Under the pieces are notes generated by a model. The model ran no database searches. It had not been told where the DNA came from and worked only from the letters and a program-made list of their open reading frames with translations. From a virus: a stretch of DNA of 64,000 bases. The position numbers and the translations under genes are program-made. Below are positions 28,277-37,593 of this stretch, one piece after another (position 1 is the first letter of the stretch; each line of letters opens with the position of its first letter). The stretch is from positions 1 to 64,000 of IMG/VR virus record IMGVR_UViG_3300021479_000014; one strand, given 5' to 3'.

Positions 28277-29821
28277 CTAGAATAGATTATGCGATGACAT
28301 GATGTTTCTTTCAGTAAAAGTAGGATATTCCCACACATCATTATCATCACCCCAATTAAATTTTGATTTAAGTCTAAAATCCATTAGCGCGCGACAAATA
28401 CTCAATTTCGGAATTGTATAAACATTCAGCCGTTCTTTTCCGGCATTGTATTTATCAGTATGTTTTATCATACTAACAATTTTACCATTTGGATAAGTTT
28501 GTACTCTACCATTATCAAGCTTTGGTATGAGCGCAGCAAATTGCATTCCAAACGATCGTGGATCACATCTATGTTTATCATTTATCCTCTTTTGAGCATC
28601 AACAAAATCTTGATATAATTTTTCTTTCACTACCATATATCCATTATCATTTTGATTAACAAATGGCAATTGGCCACTCACCAATAGATTAAACCACCAA
28701 CGCTCTACACCTGTCATAGTTTCAGTTTTCTGTTCAATTTGCGCCTCAGTTACCAATGCTGTTCTGAGATTAACATCAATTTTCCAATTCATCAATTCAT
28801 ACATGAATGCTTCCAATCCACCATGCTCCAATAGTTCTTCATCAAGAGCATCGAAATATGATTTAACATCCTTCTGAGCGCTGCTAACATTCAATACAAA
28901 AAATCTTCTTTCATCATATGATGCTGGAACTAGCCAATCAGCATTGCCAATTATGATTGAGCGAATATAGCTCTTCACACTACGACCTGGTAAGTTCTTT
29001 GGATTGATAAATAATGTATCGCCAGTTATGATATGTTTCAATGTGCTCTCGTGAGCCTTATCGCCTGCCCATATTGCTTCTTCCAAACATAACAATATTA
29101 TCTTTTCCAAATGATCATTATGAGGGCCAAATATGGAATTTTTACTATCAATTGGCAAATAAATCTTTTGTTTTCGCTCTTCTGGGTAGCCATTCATCAA
29201 TCGTCCAAGTGTGAGAGCCAAATATGATTTTCCTATCCCTTTGATACCTTTCAATACCAATGCTGTTCCAAGTTTATTCCATGGCTCTTGGAATATCTGA
29301 GCGCACCAACACATTAGCCAATGATAATGCTCTTCATTACCACTGCATATAATATTTCTGATATAATCCAAGAACAAATGGCAATCGCCTTGTTTTGGCT
29401 CCATAGCAAATCCACGCCATGTATTATATGCTCCACTGCGCATTGTTTTAGAATCAAATTTATATTTGGGATCGAATATGATTCCTTTCTCATATGTGCG
29501 CCTCAATGGCCAATCCAACCATAATTGTGATGCTGGAACTGCTTTTGGAGGTCCATCTTCTTGAGTTACATTGATTTTAATATGTCTTAATGAACTGATA
29601 AAATCTTTCTCAGTACGCAACTGCATTTCATCTTCTAATCGCTCATCAATAATCATAAATTTGCCCACTATAGATGTAATGGCTGATATGCTATCCACCC
29701 ATTCGTTTGAATCTCTTGTAGATTTGATTTCTGGGCGCTCAGAACGTTTCTGTTGTGCGCCAAAGAGTGGATTATTTCTGAGCTGATTGAGACGGATGAT
29801 GTTATCATCTTCTTCAGACAT
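28277..29821 (-). CDS. SF3-type replicative helicase (DUF5906/primase-helicase C-terminal part)
   Basis: YNTWRGF, GIKGIGKS Walker A, LEEA, LKHIITG, ERRFFV. Confidence 0.85.
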   Translation of the reverse strand: MSEEDDNIIRLNQLRNNPLFGAQQKRSERPEIKSTRDSNEWVDSISAITSIVGKFMIIDERLEDEMQLRTEKDFISSLRHIKINVTQEDGPPKAVPASQLWLDWPLRRTYEKGIIFDPKYKFDSKTMRSGAYNTWRGFAMEPKQGDCHLFLDYIRNIICSGNEEHYHWLMCWCAQIFQEPWNKLGTALVLKGIKGIGKSYLALTLGRLMNGYPEERKQKIYLPIDSKNSIFGPHNDHLEKIILLCLEEAIWAGDKAHESTLKHIITGDTLFINPKNLPGRSVKSYIRSIIIGNADWLVPASYDERRFFVLNVSSAQKDVKSYFDALDEELLEHGGLEAFMYELMNWKIDVNLRTALVTEAQIEQKTETMTGVERWWFNLLVSGQLPFVNQNDNGYMVVKEKLYQDFVDAQKRINDKHRCDPRSFGMQFAALIPKLDNGRVQTYPNGKIVSMIKHTDKYNAGKERLNVYTIPKLSICRALMDFRLKSKFNWGDDNDVWEYPTFTERNIMSSHNLF

Positions 29822-29836
29822 GGCATTTCCCCAGAA

Positions 29837-30040
29837 CTATTCTTCTTCGCTGATATGTACTACTCTCAGCGCATCATATATTTTCTTGAATTCTCTATTG
29901 GCCATACTTATATTCTCAAATTCTATTGGCCTAAATGATTCACTATTATCTGTGTCCCACAATTTTATGACATTATCTTTTATAGTGACACAACGTATAT
30001 GATCCATATTGGTGATGATAGATCCTGATTTAATCCACAT
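29837..30040 (-). CDS. hypothetical protein
   Basis: GGAGG RBS. Confidence 0.55.
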   Translation of the reverse strand: MWIKSGSIITNMDHIRCVTIKDNVIKLWDTDNSESFRPIEFENISMANREFKKIYDALRVVHISEEE

Positions 30041-30052
30041 ATTAACCTCCCA

Positions 30053-30226
30053 TTACGCTGCAAATAAATCACGTCCCATTATTTTAAGTTTACGATTTCT
30101 TTTTCTGAAATCACGTTTCCTACAAACATCACAACAAAATCTCTGATTTTTTATTACCTTTATGAATTCTTTATTGCATTCGTGACAATTGATAACTAGC
30201 TTTTTTAGTTCTGTATCAATATCCAT
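30053..30226 (-). CDS. 57-aa Zn-finger protein ending RDLFAA
   Basis: AGGAG RBS; CHEC..FCCDVCR; not in ORF track. Confidence 0.65.
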   Translation of the reverse strand: MDIDTELKKLVINCHECNKEFIKVIKNQRFCCDVCRKRDFRKRNRKLKIMGRDLFAA

Positions 30227-30368
30227 CTTTCTCTCCTGCTACCGGGATCGTAAGCATAGAACGAGACGAGTCTCTCAGCAAGCCCTAAAAATCAGAAATC
30301 GTAGATCATATTTCTGTTTTTCAGATATCGCCTTAATTTCGACACAATTGGAGAGTTATCATGCAAGC

Positions 30369-30611
30369 ATGATAAATGAACACCCAGAAACTGCTAGACA
30401 AAGAGCAGCGCGTATCTGGCGCAATCATCAAATTCAACAAATGGGTATTCAACAGCCAGAGCCAACTATACCTGAAGTGACATTGAATGAGATTGAGGCG
30501 CGATTCAGAAAAGAAATGAGAGATGCGCTCCAACAACACAATAAGAACAAATCATTACTCCAATATTTGATATTGAAACTACGTCAGAGGAAGAGTAAAG
30601 ATGACAAGTAA
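30369..30611 (+). CDS. hypothetical protein
   Basis: ORF overlapping small terminase start. Confidence 0.45.
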   Translation: MINEHPETARQRAARIWRNHQIQQMGIQQPEPTIPEVTLNEIEARFRKEMRDALQQHNKNKSLLQYLILKLRQRKSKDDK

Positions 30612-31245
30612 TGCGTATCATCCTGATGATCAACCAGCCATGTTGGCTGAAGATTGGGAGCGTATGAAATTTGAGCAGCGCCAACAAGCTGAACAAGAAC
30701 GTATCAGAAAAGCTCAACAAGATGAGATCAATCGTGAACTCCATAAAGAACAAATCAAAATAAAGGACAAAATCAATTATACTGAAGAATTGGCACAAGA
30801 GATATGTGAACGTATTGCTGCTGGTGAGTTGCTCATTAATATTTGCAAAGATGAGCACATGCCCACTGTGCGCCGCTGTAATGTGTGGCTGAAGCAAAAT
30901 GACGACTTCAGTATTCTATATAAAGACTCAATCAATGATCGCTTATCCATATTTGAAGAGCAGGTGATCAGCATCGCTGATGATGCAGCGCATGATTTTA
31001 GAGAAATAGTGAAGAATGGAAAGACCATCAAAACGCAAGATGCTGAGGTGATTGCCAGAGCCAAGTTGCGCGTCGAAGTGAGATTCAGGCATCTCAAAGC
31101 TGGTAGGCCTGGCAAATGGGGCGATACTTCAACTCTCATCACTAAGAGTGAGGATGAGGCTGCCATTGACAATATGACCACAGAAGAAATGGAAAAGAAG
31201 ATTGCTGATCTGGAAGAAAAAGACAATATCATCAAAGTGGTATGA
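30601..31245 (+). CDS. terS: terminase small subunit (Sf6 gp1-like)
   Basis: YTEELAQEICERIAAGELL..IC....MP....W...F..Y, IADD, AKLRVE.R...P.KWGD. Confidence 0.8.
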   Translation: MTSNAYHPDDQPAMLAEDWERMKFEQRQQAEQERIRKAQQDEINRELHKEQIKIKDKINYTEELAQEICERIAAGELLINICKDEHMPTVRRCNVWLKQNDDFSILYKDSINDRLSIFEEQVISIADDAAHDFREIVKNGKTIKTQDAEVIARAKLRVEVRFRHLKAGRPGKWGDTSTLITKSEDEAAIDNMTTEEMEKKIADLEEKDNIIKVV

Positions 31246-31318
31246 TTGATGATAAATGATGTTGTAACTTAGCACGTAATTCCTGCCCTCGATCCGAGGC
31301 GCTAGATTGAGTGGCTAA

Positions 31319-32332
31319 TCAGCTATATCTTGTCCACATTTCTTCAAAATCTTCTCTGAACCAGCATCGCTGAACTGGGCCACGTTGGTGCCTATATGGA
31401 CGGCTTCTGATTTGGAATTCCACTAGTATGTTACCCAATACTCGTTTTGTGACTTTGTGCTCAGTATAATCAACCTCGAAATCACCGTCCTTATCTTCAC
31501 GTAATGTTTCGCAAAGATAATCTGTGGTGATGATCTTGGCCTTTGTTTTTGTGAACACTTTCTGTGTATCACGCAACACTGACTCTCTTATATCAAGAGT
31601 AGCACTCTCATTCATATACGTGAGAGCCATACTTCTGACTAAATGGCCTCTACCAAAATAGTCAGCAATGGCAATTAGAGGGCGCCACTTGTCTGCATTA
31701 CGTCCAACCATCGAAAGAGGCATTTTCGGATCTGGATCCAAATTTTGACCCGAATGTTCGGCCCATCTATGCAATTGAGATGCATAGTAATGTTCTCTTG
31801 GGCTGAACCTCTCAAGAGGTTTAGATGAGCGATGCAACCTGATTACAACTGATCTACTCATTAGAGTTGCTGGCACTTTACCGATACCAGCAAGTGCAAC
31901 TGGGCCATAAACTGGCCAATTGACTACAGTCTTATCTGGTTGTACGCGCGATACACTTCCACCGAAACTATGCCCGTCATTAAGAATGGATCTCATTCTC
32001 TTAACGATTGACATATTGTCCACTTCGTCAATCAACAATGAGTGTTTGTTGGCTAGACGAAGCAGAGATGCTTCAGATGGATCTATCACTCTTTTGGATT
32101 CCCACGCCATTGCACCAAGAATATTCAGAACTGTGCTCTTTCCACAATTCGGAACAGGACTGAGGATAGTCAATCTTGGTGACTTATCGTATTGCATGAA
32201 GACGTGAGTATGTAGCGCCCATAGAGCTGCGCCCCACATATAGTGTGGTTTAGCATCCATATAAGTGTCGAAGACCTTTACCACTTGATCAAGTGGATTT
32301 GGCGCTATGGTAGTTTTCTTTGTCAGACTCAC
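31319..32332 (-). CDS. DUF3631-domain P-loop protein
   Basis: LWALHTH, SPVPNCGKST, LLIDEVD, LMSRS, RNADKWRPL.AIAD. Confidence 0.75.
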   Translation of the reverse strand: MSLTKKTTIAPNPLDQVVKVFDTYMDAKPHYMWGAALWALHTHVFMQYDKSPRLTILSPVPNCGKSTVLNILGAMAWESKRVIDPSEASLLRLANKHSLLIDEVDNMSIVKRMRSILNDGHSFGGSVSRVQPDKTVVNWPVYGPVALAGIGKVPATLMSRSVVIRLHRSSKPLERFSPREHYYASQLHRWAEHSGQNLDPDPKMPLSMVGRNADKWRPLIAIADYFGRGHLVRSMALTYMNESATLDIRESVLRDTQKVFTKTKAKIITTDYLCETLREDKDGDFEVDYTEHKVTKRVLGNILVEFQIRSRPYRHQRGPVQRCWFREDFEEMWTRYS

Positions 32333-32454
32333 AACGGTTCTCCTAATAGGCCGAAATTACGTGCAAAGTTACACGTATGGCTTGGCAGTATTGCCTAAAA
32401 GGTGAGCCGTCCATAGGCGATTTACGATGTCAAACAGCACATTGGTCTAGCCCT

Positions 32455-32483
32455 ATTATAGCACGTTTTCTAATGTGAAGCAA
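32455..32483 (-). promoter_or_regulatory. sigma70-type promoter
   Basis: TTGCTT-17-TATAAT with extended TG. Confidence 0.7.
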
Positions 32484-32609
32484 ACCCACATTAAATAGTG
32501 GCGCATCAAGTCATCTATCACCATTATCAATAGCTGATGATATTTGACAATTGAACATGGCAAATCTGTGTATGAATTCTGAACCGCCAAAGTGCGGCAA
32601 AAATAGGGC

Positions 32610-32638
32610 TTGCCTTCCTTCGCGATTTCGGCTAGACT
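32610..32638 (+). promoter_or_regulatory. sigma70-type promoter
   Basis: TTGCCT-17-TAGACT. Confidence 0.65.
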
Positions 32639-32644
32639 ACCCTC

Positions 32645-33205
32645 TAGCCCGCTATAGGCGCGGGCGAAGACGATCTGATCTGACTTCTACTGCGGTTACA
32701 CTTGACATTCCGCCGAAAGCGGTCTCTGCGGTTTTTGACAGATCCTACGACCCGCTGTTTGACATTCGAGGATTGCTTTATGCCGGCTGGGCTCGTCCGT
32801 GTTCGGGGCTGATTACGCATGTCTGAAGACATGCGGAGAATCAACAGGAGCGGTAAAAGGATCACTCGTAGAATAGCGCAAGTATCACGGGGTTGCGAAG
32901 AACAACGCTCTGATACGAAAGGCAAGCGCATGACAAGTTGCCTGAGGATGTTTGACCAGCCTTAGATGCAGGAAAACAGATTTGACGAACTCATGTAACA
33001 CCCTGTTGAGTCCAAAAAGGCAAGAGACAGTGTTTTGAGGGTGCAAACTGGACGGGAAAAGAAACCGTACGTGGCGAGCAAGGGAACATCCGAAACCCAG
33101 ACATTGTGCGATAGTGTCTGGTGACCCAAAAAATCAAAGACAGCAATACAGAGCACAGCGGGATGAAATAATCCTGCTGTGTTCAATAGTGCTGTCAGCA
33201 CTAGA
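32645..33205 (+). ncRNA. long structured leader/ncRNA
   Basis: About 560 nt without a credible ORF; multiple hairpins; boxA-like GCTGTTTGACAT. Confidence 0.5.
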
Positions 33206-33219
33206 AAGGAGAAATCAAA

Positions 33220-33654
33220 ATGTCTTATAGAAGTAAAAAGATTCAAAAAGAAAAGCATGAATCTTATTCTGCATCATTGCGACAAATAGTTCTCTCAACA
33301 ACAAGAGAACGTCTACCACAACAAGACGGATATGTTGTGGCTCAAACGCCAAGAAAGAAGCGTTCTAAGTGGCGTATCGTAATTGATCCTGAAAATAGCA
33401 AGAAAACGCGAAAAGTTTCAGGATTCAGAATTAAAACATCAATTAAAGATCCAACTGTCAATCGTTATAGAGAAAACGATCAGAATTTAGGATATATCAA
33501 CAAGAAGAAGTATTATGGGAGGTTTACGACTAATCCAAAGACCAAAGGGCGCGTCTTAGCTGTTATTCAGCAACCAGCGCAAGCAGCGTCTCAAGAGTCA
33601 GAATATATGCAGATCGAAGGAATAGTCATCGAAGGCGAGTATACTGAGGAGTAA
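33220..33654 (+). CDS. basic hypothetical protein
   Basis: AAGGAG RBS; Arg/Lys-rich. Confidence 0.65.
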   Translation: MSYRSKKIQKEKHESYSASLRQIVLSTTRERLPQQDGYVVAQTPRKKRSKWRIVIDPENSKKTRKVSGFRIKTSIKDPTVNRYRENDQNLGYINKKKYYGRFTTNPKTKGRVLAVIQQPAQAASQESEYMQIEGIVIEGEYTEE

Positions 33655-33659
33655 GTACA

Positions 33660-33815
33660 ATGCGTGTCAAACACTTCGTGCATTCTAATCAACCAGAACA
33701 GAAGCGCACCAGAATAGAGATTGAACTGCGAATGATGAATAATCGCAGAAAGAAAAGAGGACCAATAACACTAAAGCAACTAAACTTCATAAACAAACAA
33801 CCACAGGAGAAGTAA
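33660..33815 (+). CDS. 51-aa basic protein
   Basis: GAGGAG RBS; fills gap between genes. Confidence 0.5.
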   Translation: MRVKHFVHSNQPEQKRTRIEIELRMMNNRRKKRGPITLKQLNFINKQPQEK

Positions 33816-33816
33816 A

Positions 33817-34149
33817 ATGGCCGTATATGCGTTTGGACACCCAGGACAATGGTGGGCTGATGTAATGGGTAAAAGATACCCTTGCGTTGGCGCAATGCGA
33901 ATAAAGAATGACCACTACCAACAAGCGTATTCTCTTAATAAAGAGAAGTCGTGGAACCTCATAGAGGAAATTGAGGAGCTTCAAAAGGTTATAGTCAGAG
34001 AGGAAATACTGCAAGCTAATGGCATCTATAAAGTGATAGGATATGTTGGCTTATTTCATGTACTCAATTTTATAGTAACAATTACTGATACCCACAAGAT
34101 CGTTGATTTCGATCTTGGTCCGAAAATTGTTACGATCAAAAACCGCTAA
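33817..34149 (+). CDS. hypothetical protein
   Basis: AGGAG RBS. Confidence 0.65.
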   Translation: MAVYAFGHPGQWWADVMGKRYPCVGAMRIKNDHYQQAYSLNKEKSWNLIEEIEELQKVIVREEILQANGIYKVIGYVGLFHVLNFIVTITDTHKIVDFDLGPKIVTIKNR

Positions 34150-34164
34150 CCACAGGAGAGTAAA

Positions 34165-34410
34165 ATGGCAAACATAAGCATACCGGTGGAACTTATCGAC
34201 AGCTTCAACTACTTCCTCAATAAGGGAGCTGGCGATCACAAAGCGAAGCCAATGATAGACGAACTTGGAATGACTAAGATAAGAAAGATAATGAAATTAA
34301 GAACGTTCTTCAATAAGAACGAGCAATATGGATACAGAATTGTTGCTCATGGTCCAGACGATAAAGAAGAAACTGGAGATGATAGCTATTACGAATTCAT
34401 ATTTCCGTAA
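34165..34410 (+). CDS. hypothetical protein
   Basis: AGGAG RBS. Confidence 0.65.
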   Translation: MANISIPVELIDSFNYFLNKGAGDHKAKPMIDELGMTKIRKIMKLRTFFNKNEQYGYRIVAHGPDDKEETGDDSYYEFIFP

Positions 34411-34413
34411 ATA

Positions 34414-34476
34414 GATCGAAACAGCCAGTGCGATTGGCTGTCCTAGCGTTTGGCGCTAGCTGATGAGATCAGTAAC
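34414..34476 (+). ncRNA. type II hammerhead ribozyme
   Basis: GATC-GAAA-stem III-GTC-stem I-CTGATGA-GATC; predicted cleavage after 34442. Confidence 0.92.
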
Positions 34477-34488
34477 AGGAGAAGTAAA

Positions 34489-34908
34489 ATGAAGATAAAT
34501 CTTAACATACATATCATGTCGTGGATGTGTCGCGAACATGACATCATCGATCCAGATCTTATCCAACTAAAGAACAATCACGAACAAATGATTGTGGATA
34601 TTTCAGAAAGGATATCAATAAGATTTGATTATCCTCTTTCACATTCTGTATTGCTCCAATTTGGTGGCAAGAAGCCGTGGAGATTATCAGATCTAATTGA
34701 TGTTGTCTGCGCCGGATATGTGAAGATATATGACGAGGAAGATGAAACCAGAACGCTTCCAGCTAGTGCTCCGTTGGATTCGATTCTGGTCAATCGTCCT
34801 AAAACTGACGGCAAGCACGGCATCTGGGGACACATCCTAAATGACTTGTATATTGAAGGAATATACAAAGGATCAGACGGTGTTTGGTTGCTACAAATGG
34901 GATCATAA
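34489..34908 (+). CDS. hypothetical protein
   Basis: RBS after ribozyme; FDYPL..Y.KIY.EE..G.HGIWGH...DL.IE. Confidence 0.7.
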   Translation: MKINLNIHIMSWMCREHDIIDPDLIQLKNNHEQMIVDISERISIRFDYPLSHSVLLQFGGKKPWRLSDLIDVVCAGYVKIYDEEDETRTLPASAPLDSILVNRPKTDGKHGIWGHILNDLYIEGIYKGSDGVWLLQMGS

Positions 34909-34975
34909 GACCGAAAGGGTGGCGCCACAAGCGCCATTCTCCTAGCGTTAGGCGCTAGCTGACGAGGTCAGTAAC
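34909..34975 (+). ncRNA. type II hammerhead ribozyme
   Basis: GACC-GAAA-stem III-CTC-stem I-CTGACGA-GGTC; predicted cleavage after 34941. Confidence 0.92.
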
Positions 34976-34987
34976 AGGAGAACTAAA

Positions 34988-35209
34988 ATGGTAAAAGCAG
35001 TATATTGGTATGGACCAGATAAAACTGGTCACGACGACTTTGGTATGCCATACGGCGATTTTATGTTTGATGGCAAAACAAAGATGGGACCTTGGGCCTG
35101 CATGAGTAGCTATAGCTGGGAGAAACACGGCTGTGGCAAACTCGGAACTGGCTTTGGCCAGAAGTACAAGAGACAGGCTGATGGCCGTTGGCTTAAGGTG
35201 GAGGGTTAA
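34988..35209 (+). CDS. hypothetical protein
   Basis: DGKTKMGPWACM..LGTGFGQKY motif. Confidence 0.7.
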   Translation: MVKAVYWYGPDKTGHDDFGMPYGDFMFDGKTKMGPWACMSSYSWEKHGCGKLGTGFGQKYKRQADGRWLKVEG

Positions 35210-35560
35210 ATGGCGCGCATCAGTGTAAGACGTGGATCTGAAGGTCCAGAACACGATCCGTATTCATATACGGAGATCACGTTCTACTTCACAGATTCTG
35301 AGCGATCAAAAGTCGTTTATCATAGAGGATTAGGTGAGTGGCTTAAATATGGTGGTCGAACATACGACGCTAGTGACAGTTGGTTACCATCGTCAATTGA
35401 CTATCTATTTAAGCACATAACTGGACTCTCAGTTCGTAGAGCCGAAGAGATTCCAGAGATGCTGTTTGAGCGTTCCATGCGTAAATACACTAAAGCTGAG
35501 CGCTGGGCCATCATGGAATGCATCGAAGCCGATGAGGCCATGCTCAGAAACTGCTATTGA
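35210..35560 (+). CDS. hypothetical protein
   Basis: GGAGG RBS. Confidence 0.65.
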   Translation: MARISVRRGSEGPEHDPYSYTEITFYFTDSERSKVVYHRGLGEWLKYGGRTYDASDSWLPSSIDYLFKHITGLSVRRAEEIPEMLFERSMRKYTKAERWAIMECIEADEAMLRNCY

Positions 35561-35564
35561 AATA

Positions 35565-35614
35565 ATTGAACTTTGGAGCGCAGCAATGCGCTCCGCTTTT
35601 AGGCAATTTTGCCA
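35565..35614 (+). repeat. repeated intergenic hairpin motif, copy 1
   Basis: ATTGAACTT-hairpin-CTTTTAGGCAATTTTGCCA. Confidence 0.75.
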
Positions 35615-35630
35615 GACTGAGGAGAATAAA

Positions 35631-35930
35631 ATGAGGTACGTTGTTATCAATAGAGCATGTGATGGAACACATATTTCGTCACATGCTACGTTTGAGAAAG
35701 CACAAAAGCGTGTGGAAGAAATGGTTGGCAGAAGAGAAGGGCCATTCAAACTTAATCAACCCTATTGTTCTGATTGGGGTAACGTTCTCACAATCGAGGA
35801 GCGCCCAGGCAATTGGACTGCGAATACTGAGCGGCGCGTTTCCGAGGCTTTTGATGCTAACGAATGTGGTTTTGCAACAAAGGCTCAAATTAAATTGTTG
35901 CATGAAAAGGGTTGGCTGACAGGAGAGTAA
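35631..35930 (+). CDS. hypothetical protein
   Basis: GAGGAG RBS before ATG 35631. Confidence 0.65.
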   Translation: MRYVVINRACDGTHISSHATFEKAQKRVEEMVGRREGPFKLNQPYCSDWGNVLTIEERPGNWTANTERRVSEAFDANECGFATKAQIKLLHEKGWLTGE

Positions 35931-36125
35931 ATGACAGAAAATCAAGAGTTTAGTATTTGGATGTCAAGGGTAGAATTTTACCTTGAATCTATGGTAAAGA
36001 AGTCGTTGACACTATTGAAGTCATATGACTATCGCGATGACTTCAATAAAGGTTTTCTACCAGAAGAAACAGCAACTCGTGTAATTCAAAGGAGCAGAAA
36101 ATGGCAAAGAAAGACCCGTGGATAA
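35931..36125 (+). CDS. hypothetical protein
   Basis: RBS. Confidence 0.6.
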   Translation: MTENQEFSIWMSRVEFYLESMVKKSLTLLKSYDYRDDFNKGFLPEETATRVIQRSRKWQRKTRG

Positions 36126-36400
36126 TATGCCCTGTCTGTGAAGGAGAGGGAAAGACAGTCAATCCAAATATTGACGCGAATGGATTGACTGCGGAAGACT
36201 TCAATGAAGACCCAGACTTCAGAGAAGACTATATGAGCGGCGTATATGACATTACGTGCGCTGCATGTGGAGGTCAACGCGTCATCAAGAAGCAACGCAT
36301 GAAAGAGCTGGCGCGAAATGCCGAAAGTCGCCGTCTGGCTGCTCGTGAAGATGGCGATTATGAAGGCTATTGCGGCGCTGGTGATTGGAGATATGGATAA
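36101..36400 (+). CDS. Zn-finger hypothetical protein
   Basis: CPVCEGEG..YDITCAACGG. Confidence 0.7.
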   Translation: MAKKDPWIICPVCEGEGKTVNPNIDANGLTAEDFNEDPDFREDYMSGVYDITCAACGGQRVIKKQRMKELARNAESRRLAAREDGDYEGYCGAGDWRYG

Positions 36401-36579
36401 TGCATATCCTCCTTACCATAATTGTTATCATTGTACTAGTGGTTGTTTTTAGCAACCTAAATCAACAAGGAGTGATAACAGCTTGGAAAGGTCCAAATAA
36501 CAATCTTGGTTGTATACCATTATTGTTAGTCTTTATATTTACCATTTGGGCCTTATGCCAATTGCCTGTAATACATTGA
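36400..36579 (+). CDS. small two-TM membrane protein
   Basis: Two hydrophobic segments. Confidence 0.55.
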   Translation: MHILLTIIVIIVLVVVFSNLNQQGVITAWKGPNNNLGCIPLLLVFIFTIWALCQLPVIH

Positions 36580-36624
36580 ACTTAATGGCAGGTGCGATCT
36601 GCCATCTTTTAGGCAATTTTGCCA
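36575..36624 (+). repeat. repeated intergenic hairpin motif, copy 2
   Basis: Same flanks as copy 1, different stem sequence. Confidence 0.75.
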
Positions 36625-36639
36625 AACTAGGAGAATAAA

Positions 36640-36897
36640 ATGGATAATCCTACAGTAGTGGTAGAAATAGAAGTGGATGCCGTACAAGAGGCCATCCAAA
36701 CAATCCGAAAGATCAATAGCAAGATTGCTTGGGTGCTGGAAAATAATCCGCCATACAAGCAGAAGGAGCTTGATGATCTGAAGTATCGCAACGCCAATCT
36801 TACACTGGTTGAGTTGCGCCTCACTAAAGCTCTGAGCGATAGGGCTTTGGCCAATCAAGCCAAGGGCAATGTCGTTAAGATGGGAGGCAAGAAATGA
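36640..36897 (+). CDS. hypothetical protein
   Basis: AGGAG RBS. Confidence 0.65.
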   Translation: MDNPTVVVEIEVDAVQEAIQTIRKINSKIAWVLENNPPYKQKELDDLKYRNANLTLVELRLTKALSDRALANQAKGNVVKMGGKK

Positions 36898-37139
36898 GAA
36901 AGGCTCTATTGGCAGAATATAAAGTCAAGCCAAATGGCACAAAACTCCTTGACGATTTCAGAGGAGACAGAATTTATGGTAATTGTTATATTATCATAAA
37001 GGCTGGCGTAGAAATCTACGAGGTTATTACCTCAACGTTGGGTGATTGGTGTAACTGCCCAGCCGGACAACATGAGAAGAAATGCAAGCATCTATCTATG
37101 GTGTATGATTTCAAAGAGAAGGAAGAAAAGGTCATATGA
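36894..37139 (+). CDS. SWIM zinc-finger protein
   Basis: WCNCPA....CKH. Confidence 0.7.
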   Translation: MRKALLAEYKVKPNGTKLLDDFRGDRIYGNCYIIIKAGVEIYEVITSTLGDWCNCPAGQHEKKCKHLSMVYDFKEKEEKVI

Positions 37140-37348
37140 AATACAATGCGACGTGTACGCTTCAAGCAGTACATATCAAAACTGGCAAAGTGATAGATAT
37201 TTGTCAGTTTGATTCTTCTCCTCTTGAGATAGAAGCATCTTCACAAGAAGACGCAGACGAAAAATGGTCCAGACGCTGCCTCATCGAGGCAATGTGCTCT
37301 GGTTCTGATATAGCCAGAAAAGAATACAAGCAAGGGAAATGGAAATGA
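37136..37348 (+). CDS. hypothetical protein
   Basis: Coupled ORF. Confidence 0.55.
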   Translation: MKYNATCTLQAVHIKTGKVIDICQFDSSPLEIEASSQEDADEKWSRRCLIEAMCSGSDIARKEYKQGKWK

Positions 37349-37593
37349 ATAAACAAGACAAAGCCAGGTATCCTTTTATACGTGCCTGGGGCTACCAACT
37401 TGGTTCTTTTCAATATTATATCGAGAGTGAAATTGAAAGAGCCATTCGAGAAAATGCTCCTGAGCGTGCCATTTATAAAAGTGGTGCAGGAGGGTGGCGA
37501 ACTATAGATGACTGCAAGGATGAAGCAGTCAAACAACAGTGTATTGATTGGGTAGAAGCACATAAGAACGATCAATACGTTTCTGACGAATAA
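37345..37593 (+). CDS. hypothetical protein
   Basis: IRAWG..LGS..YYI..A...NAP..AIY motif. Confidence 0.65.
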   Translation: MNKQDKARYPFIRAWGYQLGSFQYYIESEIERAIRENAPERAIYKSGAGGWRTIDDCKDEAVKQQCIDWVEAHKNDQYVSDE

